A stretch of DNA of 64,000 nt from Rhizophagus irregularis (GCF_026210795.1 NC_089432.1:992001-1056000); one strand, 5' to 3'. Counted from the stretch's first letter, positions 40,517-54,677 are shown. Notes: a model not told the origin generated them from the letters alone. Numbers and translations are program-made.

Positions 40517-41269
40517 TATTATAATATACGGTTTAAAAATTTTTTTAAAAAAAAATTGTTAAATGTTTTTTATAAATTAAAAAATTCATAATATTTCTTC
40601 TTTTAAAGCCAATTACAAGATTATTAAATCAAAATGCAAAAAACAATAAATTAAATTATTTTAGATGGAAAAAAAAATAAAATAAATTATTTATTTATTT
40701 CAAATAAAAATTAAATTATATAATGTATTTATTACCAATATTATTGTTTTTGCAAATAAGTGTTAAAATTTATGGTATATATTCTACTCTTAGTAAGGGC
40801 TGGTCACCGGCCCTAGAGTATGACTCTAGTTGATATACAGTATAATAAAAACATTCCTATTACATATTTTCATTATATTTTTGATTGATGTTAAGCATAT
40901 GTCAAAAATACAAAATAAAAATATGTCTAGAATTATTTAAACATATTGCTGTTATCGAGTTACAACAGAGTTAACAGAAATACATATGCAATATGGTGAT
41001 CATATTTTAAAAATGTTTCTACCATATTTTTTAAAATTGATAGGTTTCAGCAAAGTATGTAATTTTAAGAATCCAACATAGATTTTATGTAAATCTGATT
41101 TTATGTGAAAAATATATTTATGTAGATTTGTATGGTTTTTTTATTTACAATTCAAATAAAATTTATATATGTTTAAATAAATATTATATTTATGTTATAT
41201 AGATTTATATTTATTGTTAAAAGTATATAATTAAATTTATTATCATTATACAAATATATTTTCTTTATT

Positions 41270-43527
41270 AATGCTACTAAACTACTGAACTAATCAGAGC
41301 TATAAATATCTTTCTCAATGTTTAATTCATTATTCTAGTATAAAAAATATATATATACACATTATATATTATATAAAAATATTGTATTAATATTAAATTA
41401 AAATATACTCAACTGCATATTGGTTTAATTTTGTAATTATGTAATCTTCATCCATTTCGATTTTTACATGTTCAGAATCCAACATATTTTGAACACATGC
41501 TTTTATCACAAAAGCATTATTTTTGGTTGCATTTTTACCAAACACTTGGCAACAATTTGGGAAAGTAGTGACTCATCTTCTTCATCGATACACGTCTCTA
41601 GATTTTCAAACCACCATCGAACTTTATCATTTGATTTCCATTTGGAAAGATCTGCCTGACTAGTAGACGTATCAACTTTTCCAATTGACCTTTTAAACAT
41701 GACCATGTATGTTTACGTATTGTTCCAAATAAACTTCCACGATATGAACAACAATATGATCCAACCTAATTCAAATATATGATTATTAGTATATAAAATA
41801 TTATGAGAAATACAAATAAATAAAAAAAATTATTTAAAAATCACCTTTTCTTCAATTCTCTGCCATAATATATTCCATTTAGTAGTTTGTTCATTTCTTT
41901 CCATTTTTTCAGGAGCCATTATCTTTAGATGCTTCTTTATATGTAATGAAAGAGATTCCTCTTTCGGGTATAGACATTCATTTATTATTTCTTTAACTCC
42001 ATCTTCCACGTATTGCTATATAAATAAAATTAAAAATATGAAATAAAAACACATATTACAGATGCTTTCCTTCTATAACACATTTCAGTTTTTTGACTGT
42101 AGATTTAATTTGTTTGATTTGTGATTGCATTTAATTCATAGTTTTTTCTTGCTTCTGAAACATAGCTATGGTATGATCGTACATTTGTTTATGAAGATCA
42201 AAAAGCTTTTTCATTTGGCTTTCAATAACTATATTAAAAATTAAATTATCAAGAAAATCATTGAATACTAGTAATTACTAAGTTGTTAATAATATTTAAT
42301 AAAATCAAAACATACCATCAGAATTTTGATTGGTAGTATTAGTAAGTATTTGACTTGAATTTTTGATGTCAATCAATGGTAAGCGAGAGATATTGTTACT
42401 TTCATCTTTAATGGTAATTGGTACTTGAGACGCAATTTTATTGGATGAGTTTTTTAATAGATTATCTGTAGTATCAATTGTATTATCTGTTAATAATGAT
42501 GTATTGAGTGTAATTTTCAGATTTTTTGAAAATAACTTATTTACAAATATTACCATTAGTTAAAGCAGTAATAGGCATAACATTTAAAGTGAATGGAGAA
42601 CAAGTTATCATCAAATAAAGTGGTATCATTTGAAGTAGATGGTCTCAAATTATTACCAACTGAAGTTTTATTGATTGTAGGTTTTGTAACAAGTGATTTA
42701 ACTTTTTGTGTAGTAGTTTTCCATTTTTTCTTTCCATTATTTGGTGTAGAGTTCGTATTTACTTCAAAGCCATCAATAATCTAAATAAAAAAAATGTGGT
42801 TATTTTGTACCATGTAAAAATCATAAATGTTGTAGTACTTACAGGATCCCGGACATCACATATATAACTCATAACTGATCTGCATGAATTTAAGTACTGC
42901 TAAAATAGACCTAATTTGCTAAAAATCAAATTATCACATTTCAAATCTATACTAATTTGCTAAAACTCAAAATATGAGTTAATAATCTTTTTTTTTATTA
43001 TCAATAAAAAAATAAATGATTAATATAAATTAAACTGCCAATTTTTATAATTAAAATATGTAGATTATAGATAAAATAATAATTAATAAAAATAATAAAT
43101 TAAATAAATAATTATTAAAAAATAAAATGTTGCGAAACTAAACGGATGGTTTTTGGCCCGCATTATGCTTAATTTTGGCCAAAATATGACCCGGACCCCG
43201 AAACTAATATTTTTAAAAATATTATTTATAAAGTTAAAAACAAAGGATAAGTTAAATTTTAAAAAAAGTACCAATTTGCTCAAATATAAAATATGACTTT
43301 GTAAAATCAATACAATTTGCTAAAACTCATAATTATGACTATTAATTAATTTTCAATCAATTTGCTCTTTCTAAAATTATGAGTTTAACCTAATTTTGAT
43401 TGAATTTGCTAAAACTCAAATGTGAGTTATATACTGTATGTGATGTCCAGGGTCCTGTACTTACAGCTTCAATATCTTGCTGGTCATTTATTTTACGCTT
43501 TGATTTAAGATTTCTCATAGACTTCAT
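41270..43527 (-). pseudogene. Multi-exon accessory gene divergent from the Plavaka transposase
   Basis: ATG at 43527, several GT-AG exons (42305-42780, 41825-42016, 41412-41765), stops and frameshifts. Confidence 0.5.
42842..43457. mobile_element. MITE in the first intron of the accessory gene
   Basis: TIR CAGGA(T/C)CC(C/T)GGACATCACATA; TACTTA on both flanks; internal TTTGCTAAAACTCA repeats. Confidence 0.85.
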
Positions 43528-44084
43528 AGCTAAATAATTAATAAAACAATGAAAAAATGGAAAGTTGAAAAGAACATGAAATAAAATCAGTTTAAATTAT
43601 TTAAACTATTTAAACTATTTATATAAAATGATAATTAACAATATGATCGTTACATTATTAATCGCATAATTTATAATAATGGATATATAAACATATTATT
43701 GTAATACAAACTAATACTGGTAATATATTATTTTCATTTTTCACAAGTTTCATTTTATAAAATTATTATTATTGATAATATATTTAATAGTATTTCATAA
43801 TTACTTCATATCAGAACATCATTAATTAGATAAAATATTCAAAGAATTTTGGTTAAATTTACACTGGCAATCTCTTATTCAATTGATTTTCATTTCGTAA
43901 TTACATATCACATTAATAATAATTAGTTTTTACAAGTATAACATTACAGTACTTCATCCCTTTTTCATATTATATTCATTGTAGCCTTAAATTGGATTTA
44001 AATATTTTAAATTTTTTAAAATCATTATGATACACTATATTTTATATCATCATTTTTTATTGAAAGGGTATCTCAATTTTTAAA

Positions 44085-47000
44085 ATGTGGACATGTAATA
44101 TTTGCTTTAAAACTTTTAATCGTTCAACAAGTTATTATAATCATCGACGAAGCCACAAATTCAATTATGAAATAAGTAGTAGTGAACATGAATCAAGTTC
44201 AGATGAAGAGTCTTCAAAAGAAATTTCTTCAGATCAATTATTTTCAAAGAGGGATGATGTTTATAATCGTAATGATGGTGATGATGGTAAAGAATCAAAT
44301 GAAAGTGACGAAAATACTAGAATTGCATTTGATGACTTATCTGTTCCTATTATTGAACATTCAGTTTTAGCAACAAATATAAACGAAATGGCAATTCCTA
44401 TTTTTTCTAAAGATGATGATCAAACCTTTTCTGATGATCAATCTGATGAATAAAATTTTCCAAATGAGATTTATCGTGATTTTGTTAAGCTTGTTAAGTA
44501 TCTCAAAGCATTTTTTTTTGTTAAGACTAGACGATTCATTTTAAATACTAATTTTTTTAATGTATTAGGTAGTACATTACAAACTATCAAATAATGTTGG
44601 TGATGCATTTTTTAAATTTCTTCACATTCATGCAAATTTTCCTAAAAGAACATTACCACCTTCCACTCGTATTGGCCTTCAATTCTTAGATAATTTAAAG
44701 AAAAAACATACTTTATTTAACTCAATACCTATAATCAATATTAACAATATTCAATACAATTTTGAATATCGGCCAATTTTATCAGGAATTGAGGAAATTG
44801 TAAGTAATGCTGAAATTGCAGAAGAATTGGTATTTGATTATAATGAAATTTGGATTAATCAAGAAGTGATATTTAAATATTTATACAAGATATTTTCTTT
44901 CTATGTGTATATTAATAATATTAATTCACCAATTTTAGGATGGTCAAAAATGTTCTTATAGTGAAATGTTTAATTGCAATTGGTGGAAGCAAGCAGTCAA
45001 TCATGCGCCTTATAGTAGTAAGATTGTACCAATTATATTTTATTCAGATGCAACTACGCTTGATCATTTTGGAAAAAGTTCACGCCACCCAATATTTGTT
45101 ACTATTGGAAATATTCCAACCAATCTTTGTAATAAACCTGAATCAAAAGTACTTGTTGGACTAATACCAATTTTAGAAAGTTCTAAACAAATGAAAGAAA
45201 CTAAAGAATTTCATAAAGCAATTAGAATTACTTTCCATAACTGTTTTTAGATTCTTCTTGCTCCAATCTGAGTTCAACATCAAACAGGTATACAGCTGAA
45301 AGTTGGCAATAGTTATGTATGGTGTATGATGATAGTGGTAATGATATTAGGAGATTGGCCAGAAAATGGAAAATATTGCTTAACATATGATGGATCAAAA
45401 TGTAAAAATCCATGTCATAATTGTCTTGTTGATTGGAATAATTTAAATAAAATTAAACTTGACAACTGAAGAAATATTACCAAGAACACAACAGAATATG
45501 CAAACTGCCATCAATTCTGGTTTGACAAAGCATTCTATTCATGAACAAAATAATGCCTTTTGGAATTTACTGTATGTATTTTTAATAAATGTTTTTGATA
45601 ATAATATTAAATATTTTACTGACATTTTATTTAAGGAATTTTAACATTTATAGTGCAACAGTACCAGAAAAAATGCATCACCTTGATCTTGGACTTTTTC
45701 CTTACATGATTGAATTTACACGTAATTTATTAAAGAATCAGGGAGGAAATGCATTAGTTGAAAAAATGGATACAAGACTTGCAGCTATTCCACGACATCA
45801 TGGACTTAAAATTTTCCATAATGGATTAGCAAATCTTGCTCGTTTTGCTGCACTTGAGTATCGAAATATGATGCGAGTTATGCCATTTGTACTTGATGGA
45901 TTATTAGATAATGGAGGATTGGATAGCAAATTAATAGGTTTATATTTAAAATGGAATGATATGTATAGAAAAACAAGAAAATTAGCATTTACCAAAAAAG
46001 AGTTGGATAATTTTGAGGTATTAATTACTATTATATGAACCTATTTATATATTATTAATATAATCTAACTTATTAATAATGTAGAAATTAATGAAGAGTT
46101 GGGCAAAAGACTTTGTTTTAATTGGTTCTTATTCTAATAATCAATGTCAGTATCCAAAGCTTCATCATTTTCTTTATCATATGATTCCTGCTATTAAAGA
46201 TTATGGCTCACCTAATGGTTGGAATGCTGAAACATTTGAATTTTTATATAAAGCCTATATCAAAGATCCTTATCATATATCAAATAAGCGTAATGTTAAT
46301 CCTCAGATTTTAGGAACTGTAAATATCAATTTACAAAAAAAATATAATTTTATTTAATTTTGAATGTATCTTTTAATATTTCTTTTTAATGTTAAAACAG
46401 GTTATGCGAAAATTAACTTTACAAGAAGTATACAAGACAATATTTCTCAATAAACCACATCATTTTTACCAATCTAATGAAGTAATTTTGTATAAAAATT
46501 ACAATAATATACCATTCTGACTCATTGAAACTACAGTTAATGAATTGAAAGTAAGAGAAGGCCTACCAGAAATTATTGATGGATTAGAACATTTTTTAGA
46601 AGCATTGAGTGAATATTTGAAAATAATGCCTTATTTAAATAATGAGGGTAATATTATTGACATGGAAACAGCTATAATTTCACTTTATGAATCAGTATGT
46701 TTAACTAACGGCAAATTTGTTTGAGCAACATTATCTTTTAATAATTTACCAATGTTTAATGATATATCAATTGAAATTGATGAAAGCCAATTAGAAGAAT
46801 TTGTAACATATGATAATTCATGCTTTGCTAAGGTAAAAATATAGAAATTTTTATTATAAAATTAATTAATAACAACTGAATGAATTAACAAACAATTGTT
46901 AAATTGTAGGTTCTTTTGCTTGTACAGGTATTTTTAAATAATAATCATGAAGGTTTAAAATTGGCTTTAATTCGGTGGTATGATTTGAAAATTTAGTCTA

Positions 47001-47146
47001 AACATTTTAGATTAGATTGTCCATATATGAAAATGACTAATTTGTATAATTTGATTCCGATTGAATCAATTAATGAAATAGTTCATGTTATTCCACAATT
47101 TGAAAAAGTTGATTCATATTATATAAATACATTTGTAAATCTTTAG
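44085..47146 (+). pseudogene. Plavaka transposase with N-terminal C2H2 zinc finger, multi-exon
   Basis: CNICFKTF...HRRSH; WWKQ...PIIFYSDAT...HPIFVTIGNIP; MHHLDLGLF; PKLHH...AETFE; multiple stops. Confidence 0.85.
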
Positions 47147-47699
47147 AACAGTTATATATGTTATCTATTGATGCAAATTATATATATTATATATAGGTAA
47201 TTATTATAATTTTATACTTATTTGAAAATTAAATAAAACATATAAATATTTTTTAAACCTATACAAATTTATATAAAAATTTTATATAAAATATGTATCT
47301 AATTATATACATATATAGTTAGTATATAATAAAATACTTGCATAATTTTTATTTAACTATAAACTAGTTGTAGCCCGTCGCGCTGCGCCGGGGAATGGAG
47401 GGTGCATAATGATTAAAGCAAGAGAGTAATATAACAATATATTGGCAGCATACCCGATTTGCAATGCAGATTTTTATTGTTATCATATCATTACAATTGT
47501 ATTAGTATAAGGCAAAAATATGTAAATAATTTTATGTCTCTATGACCAATAGAAGGCGAGTTATCCCATATTTTTCTTCAGAATCGCAGATTCTAAATTA
47601 TTGATAAAATACATATGAGCTTATCACCGCCTTTTAATAGTCAAATTTTATGGTTCACTGGTGGATTACGAATTAATTGTTTCCAGAAGTCCATTTTGC

Positions 47700-48690
47700 C
47701 TCCAGGTGGTGTTCCTATAAAACCATCAATAAAATGTTAGGAAATGTTCTTAAACAAAATTAGCAAAAGAAAACAAAAAACCTTTTGTCTCCAAGAATCT
47801 CTGGAAGGTGTTCCTATAAAAAAAATTATTAAAAGAACATTAGGAACATTCTTGAACAAAATTAACAAAAGAAATAAACGAAAACTTACTTTTTATTTCC
47901 AAGAGTCTCCAGGGGGCATTCCTATAAAAAAAATTATTGAAAGAACATTAGAAACATTCTTAAATGGAATTAAGAAAAGAGACGAAAAAAAAAACTTACC
48001 TTTCGTCTAGGGTGTTCCTACAAAAAAAATTATCAAAAGAACATTAGGAAATGTTCTTAAACAAAATTAGCAAAAGAAAATGAAAACCTTTTGTCTCCAA
48101 GAGTTTCTGGGAGGGGTTCCTATAAAAAAATTATTCAAAGAATGTTAGGGAACATTCTTAAATGAAATTAACAAAAGAAAACAAAAAAAAAACTTACCTT
48201 TCATTTCCAAGAGTCACCAGGAGGCGTTCCTACAAAAAAATTATTAAAAGAATGTTAGGAAACGTTCTTAAATGAAATTAACAAAAGAAAACAAAAAAGA
48301 AACATTACTTTTCATCTCCAAGAGTCACCAGGAGGCGTTCCTATAAAAAAAATTATTAAAGAACGTTAGGAAATATTCTTAAATGACATTTAACAAAAGA
48401 AACAAAAAAGAAACATTACCTTTCATCTCCAAGAGTCACCAGGAGGCGTTCCTACAAAAAAATTATTGAAAGAACGTTAGGAAACGTTCTTAAATGACAT
48501 TAACAAAAGAAAACAAAAAAGAAACATTACCTTTCATCTCCAAGAGTCACCAGGAGGCGTTCCTACAAAAAAATTACTGAAAGAACGTTAGGAATGTTCT
48601 TGAACGAAATGAATGGGAAAAAATGAAAAAAAACACCTTTTATTTTTAGGAGTCCATTTTGTCTTCAGGGTATTCCTACAAAAAAAGGGT
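47700..48690. repeat. Minisatellite, ~10 copies of ~100-111 bp, inside the Helitron
   Basis: Unit CCAGGAGGCGTTCCTACAAAAAAATTATT..AAGAACGTTAGGAAACGTTCTTAAA. Confidence 0.92.
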
Positions 48691-48858
48691 AATGAAAAAA
48701 AAACATTATAAAACGAAGTAAAAATAAAAATAAAAAATAAAAAATAGATTGATTATCTAAATACACAACCAATAAAATTTTAAAATCACATCACGTGATA
48801 GGGTGCATTTGAACGCCAGGTGCGTTTAAATTTTAAACCCTTTTATCTATTATTTATA

Positions 48859-50473
48859 TCTATATATCTATATAACTAAAAGGTCATATAAAATTGTATA
48901 ACGATATAATGTGTATTTATCTGTATTATTGATTTATTATCTGTTATTTTTTAGTTAAATTTTTGGATCGGTAAATCAATATCATGAATACCGATCAATC
49001 TGATCATTTATATCATCATTTTATCATTACAAATGCCGATCATTTTATATAATAAATCATTAAATCATACTATGAACACCGATCATTTCTGTTGACTGAA
49101 ATTATCATAGCTTTATTACCAAATTACCAAAATTTAGATATTTTAAAAAAAGCTATTATAAAATTAAAATTATCTATAATATTATAATTTCGTATGATTT
49201 AACATAAAATATATTTTTGATCCCTGTTTCATATGATACATCTACATAATATATTATAAATTAATTTTTTCATTATATAGGACATATTAAAGTAAGTTAA
49301 ATAAAAAAATTCTATAATATTTAGATTACCCTGTATAAATAATTTGAATTGTGTAATGGGTGGTTTGTCTGCTCCCGAAATATTTGATCTATATTATTAT
49401 GGTAAAATCCATTAATCAGTAAATTATAGTATTAATACCAAATTGCTATTTTATTGCTGAAATTTAAAAAAAAATTAATTAGCCCGTTTATTGATTACAA
49501 ATACTTATTATTATAACTATGTACTCTTTTCATGATTAGATTGAAGGTCCTGAAAGTGTGATCCAAAGTATTCATGTCGGATATTTACTAATTAGATTCC
49601 AATTTTTTTAAAATAAAATGCAATTAAATGTTTTTTTGATTTTTTTTCTTATAACAATGGGACACAATTATTTTTTTTTTAAAATTATATTTATTTCGTC
49701 AATAACAATATTTTTTTCGTCAATAACAATAGGATACAATGTAATTTTTTTTGATATTAATAATGATAACTTTCAATATTATTCATTCAATATTAAAATT
49801 TTTCGATAACAATAAATTCCACAAATACATTATTTTTATCAAAATGTTCTTTTGATAAATCATAAATCATCAACATATATTTTATTTTTGTGATAATATA
49901 TATAAAACATCAATTTTCCATCAACATAATATGTAATATTTTGTTAATACTAAATTAATATGGCTTCACTTCAGGAAACATTTGAAGATAAAACGCCTGA
50001 ACAATGTAAAAAAAGATCAAATAATGAAAGTCAAACCTGTACAGACATGCATAAATCTCATAGATATCAGTGAATTAAAATTCTCATATTACATCAAGAG
50101 AACTGTCAGACAAAAAACATTGTATATAATGAAATTTTTCAAAATATTTAACACTCATTTATTGTAAATATAATTTAAATTACTCTAATGCACTATAATT
50201 ATATCATTCTAATATATAGCTACATTATTGTAAATATGATTCATATCATTTCTAAATATAATTTATATTATTCTAATACTGTAAATATCATTCCAATAAT
50301 ATGATTTAATATATCTTATTTTAATATTTTTTTGTTAACTAATTATTAACTATATATCAAGTTTTAATTAATAAACAAAAAACTGTAACCATTTTTAATT
50401 TACATTATAATACCAAATTGTTCTATTTAAACAAACTCATTAGGTCCAGTGCGAAGCAACAGGTAACTGCTAG
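48859..50473 (+). mobile_element. Second non-autonomous Helitron nested in the first, opposite strand
   Basis: A|TCTATATATCT start (plus or minus ~13 bp); hairpin CCAGTGCGAAGCAACAGG then CTAG|T. Confidence 0.7.
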
Positions 50474-51770
50474 TATATATATAAAATAATTAGTACTGTT
50501 AGGCGCAGATGAATCATGTGAATCATGCGATACAATTCAAAGATTATTTATACAGGCTAATCTAAACGTTAGAAGATCGACATGTATTTTTTTATTATAT
50601 TAATATATAGATTACAAATAAACTTATATTTAAGTAATTCTATATCTATATAATTTTATATATAATACTTGCATATTATTTATTCGACTATAAATTACAA
50701 ATAAACTTATATTTAAATGGTTTTATATTTACACAAATTTATATAAAATATTTATAATATTTCTATATTTAAATAAAAAGCAAATAAAATGTATATGCGT
50801 ATTATAGACTTATAAAAATTTATATTGGATATATATAGGATTATAGATATTACATAAATTCTATAAAAAATATAACTGCTGATGAGGTAGATCTGCTTCC
50901 GCAGTCTATCTTAAAATATTTTCTCTGCAAGGAAGAACATTCATGAAAGATTGTGATAGAGCTTCAAGCGGTAACTCAGTAAACAACTAACAACCATGCT
51001 AGGAAATCATGGAGCAGATTCCGGAAAAAAAGTCAATTAAATTAAAATCCCAATTCTATATTCCCTTGTATTCCCATTGAAATCTACCATGAGTTATTAC
51101 CATATAAAAAATTGGCTTTTTTTTTAAAAAGAAAATGTGAATAATTTAATAACTAGGCGATATCTCTTTTATAACATAATTCAAACATTTGATTAACAGC
51201 AGCACCATCTAAAGGCTTTCATTTTAAATAAACGTATCTCCCACCTTATTATCATTATATTTAGTAATTAATATTCTGTAAATTTGAGCCAATCATGATC
51301 AAGTCCAAATACAGTGAATGAGCGAAGTTCAGCTAAGTATAATTATCAAGCACGTATCTTTTGGCCTTCTGCTTTTATGTACGCACGCTATAAATTTTTG
51401 GCTACCGTTTCAATAACAAATGCAGTATACGTTATTATAAACAAAATATTTCAATACTTTTGATGTATCAAACGATACTTTGAAAAAATAATTTCTATTG
51501 AAAGTCTTCATCTATATGTTTCACCTCACAATCAAATATATTACTATTGATTAATTAATCCAACTACTTGTCTATAATATAATTTGTAAAATAAATTGAA
51601 TTTAAATACTATATGTAAAAATGATTTGTGATGTGTAACAGTTAAAAAAATTTCTGTATAACGTTAGTGATAAATAGAAACTTTACATATTTACAAACCT
51701 TATTTTAAAGGGATATAAAATTAAATATTTATTTGATAGGTATATATACAAACAATAAGTATAGTCTTAA

Positions 51771-52799
51771 TTATACATGGGTGATATCTAAAAGATCATC
51801 TAATTTATGTACAGCATTTTCATGACCTTGTTTAGCAGATTTTTTATACCAATAAATCGCTTGATTCTTATTTTTTTCAATTCCATTTCCAATTTCATAC
51901 ATTACACCAAGATTAAATTGAGCAAATTTATTTTCTAAATTTGCAGCCATTAAATATAATTCAAATGCTTTTTGAGTATTAACATTAGTTCCAATACCAC
52001 TATCATAACAACATCCCAAGTTATTCAACCCATAAGAATTTTCTGAATCAGCAGCTTTTTGATATAATTCAAATGCCTTTGGTATATTAATGTCAGTTCC
52101 AATACCTTCTTCATAACACCAACCTAAATTATTTATTCCACTCGAATTTCCTAAATCTGCAGCTTTTTGATATAATTCAAATGCTTTTTGTAAATTAATA
52201 TCAATTCCAATACCTTCTTCATAACAATAACCTAATTTATCTATTGCATTTGGAATTCCTTTATCTGCTAATTTTTTAGATAATTCAAAAGCTAAAATAC
52301 AATTTTTATTAATACCTTTTCCATGAACATACATTTCAGCAAGATATAATTGGGCTATATTATTCTCTAATTCTGCCGCTTTTTGATATAATTCAATTGC
52401 TTTTTTCTTATCAATATTAGTTTCAATTCCATAATAATTAAAATATCCTAGTAAACAAATATTATTTGAATAATCATATTGATTATTTAAAAGCCAATTA
52501 TAAATTTCTTTTGGAATTAATTTGTAATTATTAATAAAATTATGAACATGTCGTTTTATTATTCCTTCATCTTTTCCTTCGTTTAATTCCTTAAAAATAA
52601 GATTAATTAATTCATCAATTACGATACTTAAATCTTCTTCAAAAATATTTTCATGAATATTTTGAATTGTAGGTTTTATTTCTTTTATGTTAATTTTATC
52701 AAAATTTTGTAAATATTCATTTAATAAATTATTTTCAATTAATAAATTATTTGTATTTGATAAGTAAAAATTATCCGAATAAATTTTAATAACAGACAT
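51771..52799 (-). CDS. Sel1-like repeat protein, 6 repeats
   Basis: Intact 342-aa ORF with the same architecture. Confidence 0.92.
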   Translation of the reverse strand: MSVIKIYSDNFYLSNTNNLLIENNLLNEYLQNFDKINIKEIKPTIQNIHENIFEEDLSIVIDELINLIFKELNEGKDEGIIKRHVHNFINNYKLIPKEIYNWLLNNQYDYSNNICLLGYFNYYGIETNIDKKKAIELYQKAAELENNIAQLYLAEMYVHGKGINKNCILAFELSKKLADKGIPNAIDKLGYCYEEGIGIDINLQKAFELYQKAADLGNSSGINNLGWCYEEGIGTDINIPKAFELYQKAADSENSYGLNNLGCCYDSGIGTNVNTQKAFELYLMAANLENKFAQFNLGVMYEIGNGIEKNKNQAIYWYKKSAKQGHENAVHKLDDLLDITHV

Positions 52800-53759
52800 T
52801 GCAAAATGAAAATAAAAAAAGGGGGAGGTAAATAATTTTTTTTTTTCACGACTATTTTAATTAAGCATATGGTGACACTGCGGCCTAATTTGTCAATGAT
52901 CACCCTTAGCAAATTTTTGAGCTACTGTAAATTTTGATAAGCGTAACGTAACGTCAACTAAAATAACCTTATAAAATACTTGAAGGTTTTTAAATTACAT
53001 TATCTAATTTAACGCGCTAATTAACAATCTCATTATATTATCTGATTCAATAAGGAAAGGCTGTCGATAGGTAGGTTAAGCCCGTGGGTAGGTTTTTTGC
53101 TAGGTTTTTTTTTCAAAAAAAATAATTTCTAATAAAATTTTATTGTGTTAAGTAATTTACAAAATATACAATATATTTGGTTAATCAAGTTTAATAATAT
53201 AAAAATTACTTAATTCTAACTGACTTTTACAGTTTTACCCTAGTGGCTTAGAATAAAGCATGAAGGTGTGGCGCATTATGATTTATTGACAACTTGAATA
53301 ACAATCCTGTGATTCTACCCAATTACCTGTGTAGTTGCTTTCTTTGTACAAACAAATATTTTTGTTATTAAATCGCACATGACCGCGTCAATTATACAAA
53401 ACGTTTTATCGTCTGTACGAACACTGTGATTTAAAATAACTAAAATCATGTGAGTATATTAAACGTATTAAATTCTTAAACTTGCCAAACATTATTGAGT
53501 CGTTAAAATTTAAAATCCTATTTAGCTCTCTTATACCAATCTAAAAAATTTTGTCAATACTAGTAACAAGATATAAAAATTCAATTTAGGAAAAATGGTT
53601 AGATTTATTATAATCGGTTTCAATATATTAATTGGTGGATGAATTTTTCCTTTTTCTCTCTCAAATTGCGAAACTGTAATTATATTAATAAATTTTAGTT
53701 AAAATTTGATGAATAAATTATTTAATAGATATTTAATAATAAAAGAAAAAAATATATTA

Positions 53760-54677
53760 TTATAAATAACATGAAAGTTTTTTTAATTTGTTCAGAGCAT
53801 CTTCATCTCCTTGTTCAGCAGATTTTTTGTACCAGTAAATTGCTTTATCCATATCTTTCTCGGTCCCATTTCCCTTTTCATACATTAAAGCAAGATTATA
53901 TTGAGCGAAATCATCTCCCAAATTTGCCGCCATTTGATATAATTCAAATGCCTTATTTTTATCAACACTAGTTCCAACTCCATTCTCATAACAATATCCT
54001 AAGTTAAACATTCCATATGAACTTCCAAAATCTGCTACCTTTTTATATAATTCAAATGCTTTTCCCATATTAGCATCAGTTCCAATTCCATGATAATAAC
54101 AATATCCTAACATATTTATACCGCTTATATATTCTTTTTCTGCTAATTTTTCAGATAATTCAAATGCTTTACCATAATTTTTATCAACACCTTCTCCATC
54201 TATATACATGCTAGAAAGATTATGTTGTGCTATAATATTGCCTAAATTTGCTGCTTTCTGATAAAATTCAAGTGCTCTTTGTTTATTAACTTTTACTTCA
54301 ATTCCATGATAATTAAAATATCCGAGAAAATAAATAGAATTTGAATCATTTTGATTATTTAAAAGCCATTTATAAATTTCATTTAATTTTAATTTGTGAT
54401 TATTAATATAATCGAAAACATGTTGTTTCCTTACTCTTTCCACTTTTCCTTCATTTACTTCTTTAAAATAAAAATCAACTAAATCATCAATTACTATACT
54501 TAAATCTTCTTCAAAAAAATTTTCATTAATATTTTGAGTTGTAGGTTCTATCTCTTTTAAAATATTCAATTTATTAAAATTTTGAATAATTTGAGAAATT
54601 TTATGTAATGAATTATTATTAGTATTATTAATATTTATCAATTTAATATTATCTAAATTAAGTTGTTTATCGGACAT
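53760..54677 (-). CDS. Sel1-like repeat protein, 5 repeats
   Basis: Likely ATG at 54677 (MSDKQLN, as in the paralogues). Confidence 0.9.
   Translation of the reverse strand: MSDKQLNLDNIKLININNTNNNSLHKISQIIQNFNKLNILKEIEPTTQNINENFFEEDLSIVIDDLVDFYFKEVNEGKVERVRKQHVFDYINNHKLKLNEIYKWLLNNQNDSNSIYFLGYFNYHGIEVKVNKQRALEFYQKAANLGNIIAQHNLSSMYIDGEGVDKNYGKAFELSEKLAEKEYISGINMLGYCYYHGIGTDANMGKAFELYKKVADFGSSYGMFNLGYCYENGVGTSVDKNKAFELYQMAANLGDDFAQYNLALMYEKGNGTEKDMDKAIYWYKKSAEQGDEDALNKLKKLSCYL

Larger units (their letters stand above)
47364..50611 (-). mobile_element. Non-autonomous Helitron
   Basis: On the minus strand, 5' TCTATATATT at 50611 and 3' hairpin CCCCGGCGCAGCGCGACGGG then CTAG at 47364; A|T target; the joined flanks match the repeat unit at ~50680-50710. 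Confidence 0.85.

Noticed and set aside
47700..48690. Regular repeats resembling a CRISPR array
   Set aside because: Whole units repeat with no unique spacers; eukaryotic context and no cas genes
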